From NCBI GenBank assembly GCA_035525975.1, contig DATLDF010000041.1, forward strand, positions 1,648-65,647: 64,000 bases of DNA, given 5' to 3'. The notes under the pieces are model-generated. The model did not search any database, was not told the DNA's origin, and was given only the letters and a program-made list of their open reading frames with translations. Numbering within the stretch: the first letter of the stretch is position 1; every line of letters begins with the position of its first letter. The position numbers were made by a program, and so were the translations under genes. Of the stretch, positions 28,256-35,837 are shown in pieces. Source of the stretch: Gemmatimonadaceae bacterium. Lineage in GTDB: Bacteria > Gemmatimonadota > Gemmatimonadetes > Gemmatimonadales > Gemmatimonadaceae.

Positions 28256-29416
28256 ATGAGGCTGGCTGAATTCATACTGGCGAATCGTGAGCCTATTCTT
28301 GCGGAATGGGAGACATTTGCCCGTACCTGCAAGCCGGCCAGCGGTTCGATGAACATCGCGGCATTGCGCGATCATGCGAACGAAATGTTGACGGTCATAG
28401 CCGCCGACCTGAACACTCCGCAGGACAAGGAAGAGCAGCAGCAGAAATCGGAAGGCAATGCGCCGGCCACCGAGGAAATCGACTCAACCGCCGCCGAACA
28501 CCACGGCGCGGGCCGAGCAGAGAGCGGATTTTCCGTCGATCAGATGGTGGCGGAATTTCGCGCTCTGCGGGCAAGTGTGATCCGGCTGTGGACAGAGGCG
28601 CTTGGCGGGTTCAACGTCAACAATATCGAGGACCTCACCCGGTTCAATGAAGCGATCGACCAGTCGCTGGCGGAGTCAGTCTCGAGATATACTGACGATC
28701 TCGACACGTCGAAGGAGATGTTCCTCGCGATGCTCGGCCACGACCTCCGCTCGCCGCTAAGCGCGATCATAATGTCGGCAGAATTCATGCTGGAGACAGG
28801 TGAGTTGACGGAACCTCACCTCTCTTTGACTTCGCGTGTTTCGAGCAGCGCTCATCGCATGGAGCACATGATCGGCGACCTTCTCGATTTCACGCGAAGC
28901 CGGCTCGGCGGTGGTATTCCGATCGAGCGCGCTGAAATGAGCATCGAAAAGGCCGTTCACGATGTTGTCGATGAGATTGCAGCGGCGCATCCTGATCGGG
29001 TCATCAAGATCGACGCACGCGGTGGACACAAGGGAAGCTGGGACTGCGAGCGAATCAGTCAGGTGCTGTCGAACCTGATCGGGAATGCAGTCGAGCACGG
29101 CGAGCCCGGAGGTACGATCGAGGTCACGGTCGCCGGTGACGACAAGGAAGTCACTGTTGCCGTTCATAACCTCGGGGCTCCCATTCCTCCCGAGCAGCTC
29201 AACGGACTTTTTGGCCCGATGAAGGCAAAGGACATAACGGGAAGCGCAGCCGGTCCATCAGGAAATCTTGGACTCGGACTCTACATTGCAGAGCGGATTG
29301 TGAGTGCGCACGGTGGCACCATGGAGGTCGATTCTTCGAAGGACGCCGGCACCACTTTTACAGTCCATCTTCCCCGAGTCGCCGCGGCCGATATGAAGCC
29401 GGCAGCACCTCAATGA
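28256..29416 (+). CDS. Soluble histidine kinase with RsbRD-N-like N-terminus
   Basis: LGHDLRSPL H-box, NLIGNA, GLGLYI, GTTF; no TM. Confidence 0.88.
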   Translation: MRLAEFILANREPILAEWETFARTCKPASGSMNIAALRDHANEMLTVIAADLNTPQDKEEQQQKSEGNAPATEEIDSTAAEHHGAGRAESGFSVDQMVAEFRALRASVIRLWTEALGGFNVNNIEDLTRFNEAIDQSLAESVSRYTDDLDTSKEMFLAMLGHDLRSPLSAIIMSAEFMLETGELTEPHLSLTSRVSSSAHRMEHMIGDLLDFTRSRLGGGIPIERAEMSIEKAVHDVVDEIAAAHPDRVIKIDARGGHKGSWDCERISQVLSNLIGNAVEHGEPGGTIEVTVAGDDKEVTVAVHNLGAPIPPEQLNGLFGPMKAKDITGSAAGPSGNLGLGLYIAERIVSAHGGTMEVDSSKDAGTTFTVHLPRVAAADMKPAAPQ

Positions 29417-29426
29417 TCCGGCGATA

Positions 29427-30596
29427 CTATTCGCCGAACGCCTCGATGTACTTGATGCCGGCTCCGGTGTTGAACAGCACCACTCTTTCTTCGGGCTGAA
29501 CTTCACCGCGATCAATCAGTTTCCGAAGTGCGGGCAGGCACGCGCCACCTTCTGGCGCAACGAAAACCCCCTCCGCTGCGCCAATTTCGCGAACCGCCGC
29601 AATCAACTCTCCGTCGCTGACTGCAACTGCAGATCCCCCGGATGCGCGAATCGCATCGAGGATGAGGAAGTCACCAATTGCCTTCGGCACCCGCAAACCT
29701 GACGCGACCGTTGCTGCATTCGGAAACATGTCGGCGAACCGCTCCCCTTTTTCAAACGCAGTGACGATCGGCGCGCATCCTTCCGACTGAACCGTCACCA
29801 TTCGAGGACGCTCAGAACCGATCCAGCCCATCTGCTCCATCTCGTCGAACGCCTTCCACATACCAATCAGTCCCGTTCCACCGCCGGTCGGATAAATGAT
29901 CACATCCGGGAGCGTCCATCCCATCGCCTCGGCCAGCTCGTAGCCGAGCGTTTTCTTACCTTCAACGCGGTAAGGCTCCTTCAAGGTTGAGACATCGAAC
30001 CAGCCCTCGGCGTCCTTGCGTCGCGCGACTTCTGCACCGCAGTCAGTGATCAATCCGTCGATCAGAGTCACGTTGGCGCCGAGCTCAACACATTCGACGA
30101 CGTTCGCCTTTGGCGTGTCGCGCGGCATGAAGAGATGCGCTTCCATTCCAGCCCGAGCGGCATAAGCCGCGAGAGCGCCAGCGGCGTTTCCCGCCGATGG
30201 CGCGGCGACTTTCGTTACACCCAGCTCCTTCGCCATTGAAACGGCGGCCGACATTCCGCGCGCCTTGAAGCTTTGAGTCGGATTGAGCGATTCATCCTTG
30301 ATGTACAGCTCAGCGATGCCCACCGACTGGCCGAGGCGGCTCGCGTGCATGAGAGGCGTCCAGCCTTCACCGAGCGTGACGATGTTGTCGTCGGACGCGA
30401 CTGGCATGACCTCGCGATACCGCCACATGCTCGAGACGCGTCCCGGCAGCGATTCCTTTGTGAGGGTCATCGCTGCAGCGGCGAGATCGTAACGAACGAG
30501 GAGCGGCTTGCCGCATTTCTCGCACAGATTATAGAGACGGCCTGCCGGATATTCTGTCGAGCAGGCGGCGCATTGGAGATGGGTGACGTTATTCAT
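29427..30596 (-). CDS. thrC: Threonine synthase (PLP-dependent)
   Basis: CxxC..Cxx[30 protein letters not shown]. Confidence 0.8.
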   Translation of the reverse strand: MNNVTHLQCAACSTEYPAGRLYNLCEKCGKPLLVRYDLAAAAMTLTKESLPGRVSSMWRYREVMPVASDDNIVTLGEGWTPLMHASRLGQSVGIAELYIKDESLNPTQSFKARGMSAAVSMAKELGVTKVAAPSAGNAAGALAAYAARAGMEAHLFMPRDTPKANVVECVELGANVTLIDGLITDCGAEVARRKDAEGWFDVSTLKEPYRVEGKKTLGYELAEAMGWTLPDVIIYPTGGGTGLIGMWKAFDEMEQMGWIGSERPRMVTVQSEGCAPIVTAFEKGERFADMFPNAATVASGLRVPKAIGDFLILDAIRASGGSAVAVSDGELIAAVREIGAAEGVFVAPEGGACLPALRKLIDRGEVQPEERVVLFNTGAGIKYIEAFGE

Positions 30597-30705
30597 GGCG
30601 GGGGCTAAGTTATCCAATACTGATGATTGAGTCGATCCGCCTGATTGTTGCAACGCTTGGCATTGCCCTGATCGCGATCGGCCTCGACAGGCGAATTCGA
30701 AAGTA

Positions 30706-31233
30706 GTGTACGCCGGTCATGTTGGCATCGCGCTTGGCGCGAAAGGCTTAAGGCCTTCAATGCCCCTCTGGGCGTTGATAATTGCAAGCCAGCTCCCGGA
30801 TTGGACTGACGCGACAGCATGCCTGTCCGGACTTCACAGCGTCACGCCGGGAATGTTTTCCCACTCTTTCGGTGCGATTGCGCTGCTGACACTCATAGCG
30901 ACAGTCGCATACCTCGTCGTTACGCGCGACCTGGTTGGAGCGGCATTCGTCGGAGCTCTTGTCGTATCACATGTGCTCGGCGACTATGTCACCGGCTTGA
31001 AACCAACCTGGAGCGGCGGCCCGCTGATCGGCCTGCAGCTTTATCGCCACCCCGCGTGGGACTTCGTCGTGGAAGGCGTCGTGATTCTCACCGGGTGGCT
31101 TATTTATCGGGCGTCGCTTTCCCGAGAACGCCGTTCCGCGCACGAGACCTGGGCTCTGCTCGGCGTGCTCCTTGCCCTTCAGGCGCTTGCGGACGTCGTA
31201 TTTTTTATCAGTCCAGGGCTCCGGAAGTGCTGA
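30706..31233 (+). CDS. Membrane protein, metal-dependent hydrolase-like (YdjM/DUF457 type)
   Basis: GH, SQLPD, SHS, SHVLGD motifs in a hydrophobic protein. Confidence 0.6.
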   Translation: MYAGHVGIALGAKGLRPSMPLWALIIASQLPDWTDATACLSGLHSVTPGMFSHSFGAIALLTLIATVAYLVVTRDLVGAAFVGALVVSHVLGDYVTGLKPTWSGGPLIGLQLYRHPAWDFVVEGVVILTGWLIYRASLSRERRSAHETWALLGVLLALQALADVVFFISPGLRKC

Positions 31234-31279
31234 GTTCCCTGGAAGCAGGACTTCACGCCTCACTTTTCCCTGGTACACA

Positions 31280-31594
31280 ATGCCGACTGACCAGTATCAT
31301 GAGCCGCCCGACGAGCTCTCCGACAAGACTCGCACTCTCGCGCGGATGCTGACCAGCATGATCGAAGAATGTGAGGCGATCAACTGGTATCAGCAGCGCA
31401 TCTCAGTAGAGAAGAATCGGGAGGCAAAGGCGATAATGAAGAATGCCCAGCAAGAGGAGTTCAAGCACTTCGGGATGGACCTGGAGTTCGTCATGCGGCA
31501 GATCCCCGACTTTCGCGATACGCTGAAGGGAATCCTCTTTACCGATGGCGACATCGTTGAAGCAGGCGAAAAAGCGGAGGACGCCGTTGGCTGA
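31280..31594 (+). CDS. Encapsulated-ferritin (EncFtn/Flp)-type ferritin-like protein
   Basis: YHEP..EL, EECEAINWYQQR, EEFKH, LFT. Confidence 0.8.
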   Translation: MPTDQYHEPPDELSDKTRTLARMLTSMIEECEAINWYQQRISVEKNREAKAIMKNAQQEEFKHFGMDLEFVMRQIPDFRDTLKGILFTDGDIVEAGEKAEDAVG

Positions 31595-32186
31595 CGCCTG
31601 CCCGACGCGCGAAGAAGCCCTTGCGATCGTTCACGAGTATACCGCGAGCGATTCGCTTCGGAAGCACATGCTGTCAGTCGAAGCCGCGATGCGCGCGTAC
31701 GCGGCGAAGTTCGGCGAAGACGAGGACCGCTGGGGAATAACGGGACTCGTGCATGACTTCGACTACGAGAAATTTCCGAACGAAGCGCACTCCCCGACGG
31801 AAGAACACCCAGCCGAGGGCGTGAGAATCCTGAGGAGCAAGGGATTTCCGGAGGACGTGCTGGCCGCGATACTCGGCCACGGTAGTTACACCGGCGTTGC
31901 GAGAGAATCGAAGCTCGCGAAAGCGCTATTCGCCGTGGATGAGCTGACGGGCCTGATCACGGCGACGGCCCTGGTGAGGCCATCAAAGAGCGTGATGGAA
32001 GTCGAGGCTAAGTCGGTGCGAAAGAAAATGAAGGACAAGGCATTCGCGCGTGGTGTCAGCCGGGAAGATGTCGTGAACGGGGCAGCGGACCTCGGAGTCG
32101 ATCTCGACGAGCACATCGCTTTCGTTATTTCAGCCATGCAGGCCGTCGCGCCGTCTCTCGGGCTCGCGGGGACTGAACAGCAGTAA
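31587..32186 (+). CDS. HD/HDIG-domain phosphohydrolase
   Basis: SLRKH, GLVHDFDYE, AVDELTG, FARGVSRE. Confidence 0.82.
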   Translation: MADACPTREEALAIVHEYTASDSLRKHMLSVEAAMRAYAAKFGEDEDRWGITGLVHDFDYEKFPNEAHSPTEEHPAEGVRILRSKGFPEDVLAAILGHGSYTGVARESKLAKALFAVDELTGLITATALVRPSKSVMEVEAKSVRKKMKDKAFARGVSREDVVNGAADLGVDLDEHIAFVISAMQAVAPSLGLAGTEQQ

Positions 32187-32239
32187 ACTGCGGGGTGCGT
32201 CTTCGGGTTGCTGGTGTCGGCGTCTTCGGCGTCTACGGG

Positions 32240-32369
32240 GGATTGGGGTGCGCTTTATTTCAGGGCCCCAATGTCAGAATTGCCATTTATCCCCCGCCCG
32301 TTCCCGCCGCAGTCACGAGAAAATGGCAATTCTGCCATAAAGGCCCTGAAATAAAACGCACCCCAATCC
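32240..32369. repeat. Imperfect ~49-bp inverted repeat (REP/MITE-like)
   Basis: GGATTGGGGTGCGCTTTATTTCAGGGCC..CAGAATTGCCATTT / AAATGGCAATTCTG..GGCCCTGAAATAAAACGCACCCCAATCC. Confidence 0.8.
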
Positions 32370-32588
32370 GTTGCTGGGCGCACAACCTTGCCCGCAGTTC
32401 CGCCCTGTTTATTCACCCGAAGTCTGATCGAGCGCGTTGCACGCGACTGGGGCAAAGGCAGTACAGCAGCCACGTCGCTGCAGATGTCTGACACCCCACA
32501 CAATTTTGAAAAGAATCAGGACGGAACTGCCGTAAAAGCTGCAGATATGAGGACGCGGGAAAACAGCAACATCCGGCGGAGAGAGGGA

Positions 32589-32728
32589 GCTGGTGTCTCA
32601 CCGGGGCAGCGTCCGCAAGCAGCGAGGAGACCCGCGCGCATTGAACGCGGAGCTTTCTGGAAGAAAGCGTAGCCGTTCAGCGGGGCTCCGTAGACTGCGA
32701 GGATAGCTGCAGCCGGTGAGACACCAGC
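32589..32728. repeat. Long rod-like palindrome (REP-like element or structured RNA)
   Basis: Perfect 16-bp arms GCTGGTGTCTCACCGG / CCGGTGAGACACCAGC with further inner pairings. Confidence 0.7.
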
Positions 32729-32805
32729 GACCGAGCGACCAGATAAGTTGTTTTTGCTTTTCTGCGGTTACAGGCCGTGACCGCGGTTAAGCGCAGTACC
32801 CGCAG

Positions 32806-33780
32806 TTAGTCCATGCTGAATTCGCGATTGAAAGCGACGTCGAACGCGAAAGTCTTGCGTTTCGTCTTGGCCTCCATCACACCTGCAATGCGCTCGAGCC
32901 GCGCAGGTATCTCCATGATCTTTTCCTGCGCCTTTCTCCCTGCGTCATTGAGTCCCACGAGCTTGTCGATCGCCCAGAACTTTATCTGCTCCTCGACAAT
33001 CTTCATGTAGTCCCGCGGGCCATAGATGCCCGCTCGCCTTACTACGTCGGCGAGCTCACGGAAATGGGGCATGTTTACGCCGGGCATGTCGATCGCCGGC
33101 ATTACCTTCGCGGCCGACTCGAGCGCCTGGTTTGGATCACGCGCGAGAACTTCCTTGAAAACAGTCCGATAGAACGTGTAGTGACGGGCCTCTTCCTTGG
33201 CGACATTGGCCAGCACTTCCCCAATCAACGGCTCGAACTCCGAAGCTAGCTTGCCTGTGTTCGCATGCGACACCTGAGTCGCGCGCTCCTGCAGCGACGT
33301 GTACACGAAGACGCGATACGGATCACGATCCCAGCTCGGCGCGAAACCAGCCCGCAGGTAGTCGAACTGCATCTTCTCGATCACGAGCCGGTCAAAGACC
33401 TGAGCATCTCGCGTGTAGTCATGCAAAATGAGGCCGTGACGGTCTTCCTCAGCCGTCCACATGTTCGTCCAGTGCTGCCAATGACTCTCGTTGCCGAGGT
33501 AGACAGCGAGAAGGCGATGGAAATGCGGGAGGCCTTCTTCTGTCAGCAGATTCAGCGCAAGCGCGACCCGGGCTGAGGGGCTGATACCTTCGGCGCGTTT
33601 GCGAAGCTCACGAATGTGGTGGTCTGGATCGGTGTCAGCCGGAGGGTCGAGGATCTCCGATGGGAACCAGAGGACCCGCTTTGCTTCATGCTGAACCATC
33701 AACTCCGCTACCACATCCTCGAGGTCGGCAAGGACTTCGATTTTCGATAGCATTTCTGCGTCCGCGGTATTCAATGTCAC
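32806..33780 (-). CDS. Soluble acyl-ACP desaturase (ferritin-like diiron, DesA-type)
   Basis: LLTEEGLP, WTAEEDRH, QERAT..SH, KEEARH, IDMPG. Confidence 0.88.
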   Translation of the reverse strand: MTLNTADAEMLSKIEVLADLEDVVAELMVQHEAKRVLWFPSEILDPPADTDPDHHIRELRKRAEGISPSARVALALNLLTEEGLPHFHRLLAVYLGNESHWQHWTNMWTAEEDRHGLILHDYTRDAQVFDRLVIEKMQFDYLRAGFAPSWDRDPYRVFVYTSLQERATQVSHANTGKLASEFEPLIGEVLANVAKEEARHYTFYRTVFKEVLARDPNQALESAAKVMPAIDMPGVNMPHFRELADVVRRAGIYGPRDYMKIVEEQIKFWAIDKLVGLNDAGRKAQEKIMEIPARLERIAGVMEAKTKRKTFAFDVAFNREFSMD

Positions 33781-33969
33781 GTCGGAATTTGGGGCTCGAG
33801 TTCAGGCATTGGTCGCCGGTGCCATCCTGTCTGGAAGACCACCGCACGCAGATAAGTTATCGCTGCCGGGAGAAAATGCATTAACTGCGCCGCTCGCAGC
33901 GTCAGGTGTTCCCCGACGGCTCGATCCGATAATCCCGGCTTCCGAAGCCACTTCATTCGGCCTCCAAGG

Positions 33970-34536
33970 TCAGACTATTGGCGCAGACTCCGCGCAGAGC
34001 TCCGTCACCTCGTCCATGGTCCGCTCGATCTGGCGTCGATGACGCTCCTCATGCTGCGCGACGAAGAGCCCCCACTGGTACATGCTCATGGCTCCAGCCA
34101 CGGGATGAGGCTTCGTAACCTGAGTGAGGTCGAGTCCCTGGCTCGCCAGCAGCGCCGCTTTGAGCCTCGCGCGCCAACCGAGCAGCGCTTCGACTGACTC
34201 CTCGACCGTCTTGCCCTCCTCGGGCGTGATCATCGGCGGGGCAGTTCTTTTTTTCACAGCATCCGTTAGAGAGAAACGATCTAGGCTCGACATTATCGAT
34301 TCGTCTGACGTCTCGGGCCCGACACCATTCGCCTTTGCCCACTCTACGCCCTCTTCCACGAGTCGAGCGATGCGCTCCTCGACAAGCGCGAGGTGAGCGA
34401 GATTGTCTGCCGCTGACCAGCTCTCCCCTCGCGGCCTGACTCCCGCGAAAGACGGATTCACGTTGCTCACAGTCGCAAGCAACTGCTCGCGCGTTGAGTC
34501 CAGGTACGACAGAAGCTCAGCCAGTCGCTGTTGCAT
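33970..34536 (-). CDS. DinB-family protein
   Basis: WSAADNLAHL, HPVAG, HEERH. Confidence 0.8.
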   Translation of the reverse strand: MQQRLAELLSYLDSTREQLLATVSNVNPSFAGVRPRGESWSAADNLAHLALVEERIARLVEEGVEWAKANGVGPETSDESIMSSLDRFSLTDAVKKRTAPPMITPEEGKTVEESVEALLGWRARLKAALLASQGLDLTQVTKPHPVAGAMSMYQWGLFVAQHEERHRRQIERTMDEVTELCAESAPIV

Positions 34537-35080
34537 ACTCACTCATTCGCTGCTCGATGATGGAAAGGATCTCCGACACGATCGTCGCGCCGTGATCCCT
34601 TGCGTACCAGGTGCGTATATGACGATACCTGTCGGGCTTGGGGATTGCGAGACCTTCCGTAACCACCCAGTTCTGCAGCTCTCGCGGACGCGGACCCCAC
34701 GACCCGATCTCGTTGAAATCCTCGTCGTAGACAATAACTACCGGAATCGATTTCGACGTTCCGGTGAGATGAGCGTTCATCAGGTCCGGATTGTCGTCGC
34801 GGCCGAGTATCCTCAGCTCGATCCCTGGATGGGATTCAGCGAGCCGCGCGACGTACGGAAGAATGTTCACCGAATCGCCGCACCAGTCCTCATTGAGCAC
34901 GAGGAAGTGCCATTGGCCTCTCAGATTCCTCAGGCGCATAGCGATCTCATCCGGGACCGACGCACGCTTGTACAGCGCTTCCCACATCACCGCGTTGTCC
35001 TTCGGATGAGCAAGAAGTTCGGCGAACGTTCGGCCCTCGTAGAATCGCTCCTTCAGTGTCAGTGTCGTGGTCTCATCCAC
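34517..35080 (-). CDS. Thioredoxin-fold protein (WCGD type)
   Basis: EDWCGDS, SIPV, WGPRP. Confidence 0.8.
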   Translation of the reverse strand: MDETTTLTLKERFYEGRTFAELLAHPKDNAVMWEALYKRASVPDEIAMRLRNLRGQWHFLVLNEDWCGDSVNILPYVARLAESHPGIELRILGRDDNPDLMNAHLTGTSKSIPVVIVYDEDFNEIGSWGPRPRELQNWVVTEGLAIPKPDRYRHIRTWYARDHGATIVSEILSIIEQRMSEYATATG

Positions 35081-35558
35081 GTCTCATGTCCACGTGCCAG
35101 ATGTCGTCTTCCAGATAAGGCTCAGTGAGTCGCCGGAATCCAAACCCTTCATAGAACCGCTCGAGATACATCTGCGCCGCGATCCTGACCTCACTTCCCC
35201 ACCCGTTCTCCTCGATCTGCCGCAGACCCTCGGTCATCAGGACATGCCCGAGGCCCGTTCCGCGGACATCCGGATGCGTGGCGACTCGCCCGATAGACGC
35301 TTCTGCATACTTCACGCGCGGAGGGAATATTCGGGCGTAAGCGACGAGCCTTTTCCAGCCTTCGCCTTTTTTCCAGCCAAAAAGGTGATGAGCCTTTGAG
35401 TCCACGCCGTCGGCGTCGAGGTAGACGCAATTCTGCTCGACGACGAACACTACCTGTCTCAGCACCATGGCCGAGTAGAGGTCATCGGGCGAGAGCTCCT
35501 GAAAGGAGGTGCACTCCCAGGTGACGTCTGATTCTGTTGTGAAAACGGGCTGTGTCAA
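35073..35558 (-). CDS. ElaA-like GNAT acetyltransferase
   Basis: LRQVVFVVEQNC, IGRV, RGTGLG, AQMYL..FY, YLEDDIWH. Confidence 0.85.
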   Translation of the reverse strand: MTQPVFTTESDVTWECTSFQELSPDDLYSAMVLRQVVFVVEQNCVYLDADGVDSKAHHLFGWKKGEGWKRLVAYARIFPPRVKYAEASIGRVATHPDVRGTGLGHVLMTEGLRQIEENGWGSEVRIAAQMYLERFYEGFGFRRLTEPYLEDDIWHVDMRRG

Positions 35559-35837
35559 TGAAGACTATTTAATGGTTGTCTTCGTCAATATACGCGGACG
35601 TTTCGAGAGAGGGACTTACCCCTGCAGGTCGCGAGGCGAATATTCTCTCGTCCCCGCAACCCAGGTATCGGACATGGAAACAAATCGTTTCTCAAGCGTC
35701 GCCCGGCTTAACGGGCACCGATCACTCGCAGGCGTAGTATCACCAGCCACTTTCGTTAGCCGCTGAAGCCCGCTCGAGCAGGGCCTTCGCAGGGACTCAG
35801 CAGCAACCAGCTCCCGCTCGTCGGACGCGACAGTGAG

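Noticed and set aside
32195-32672. Short ORFs in the 32.2-32.8 kb gap
   Set aside because: They run through palindromic repeats and have no RBS or protein motifs
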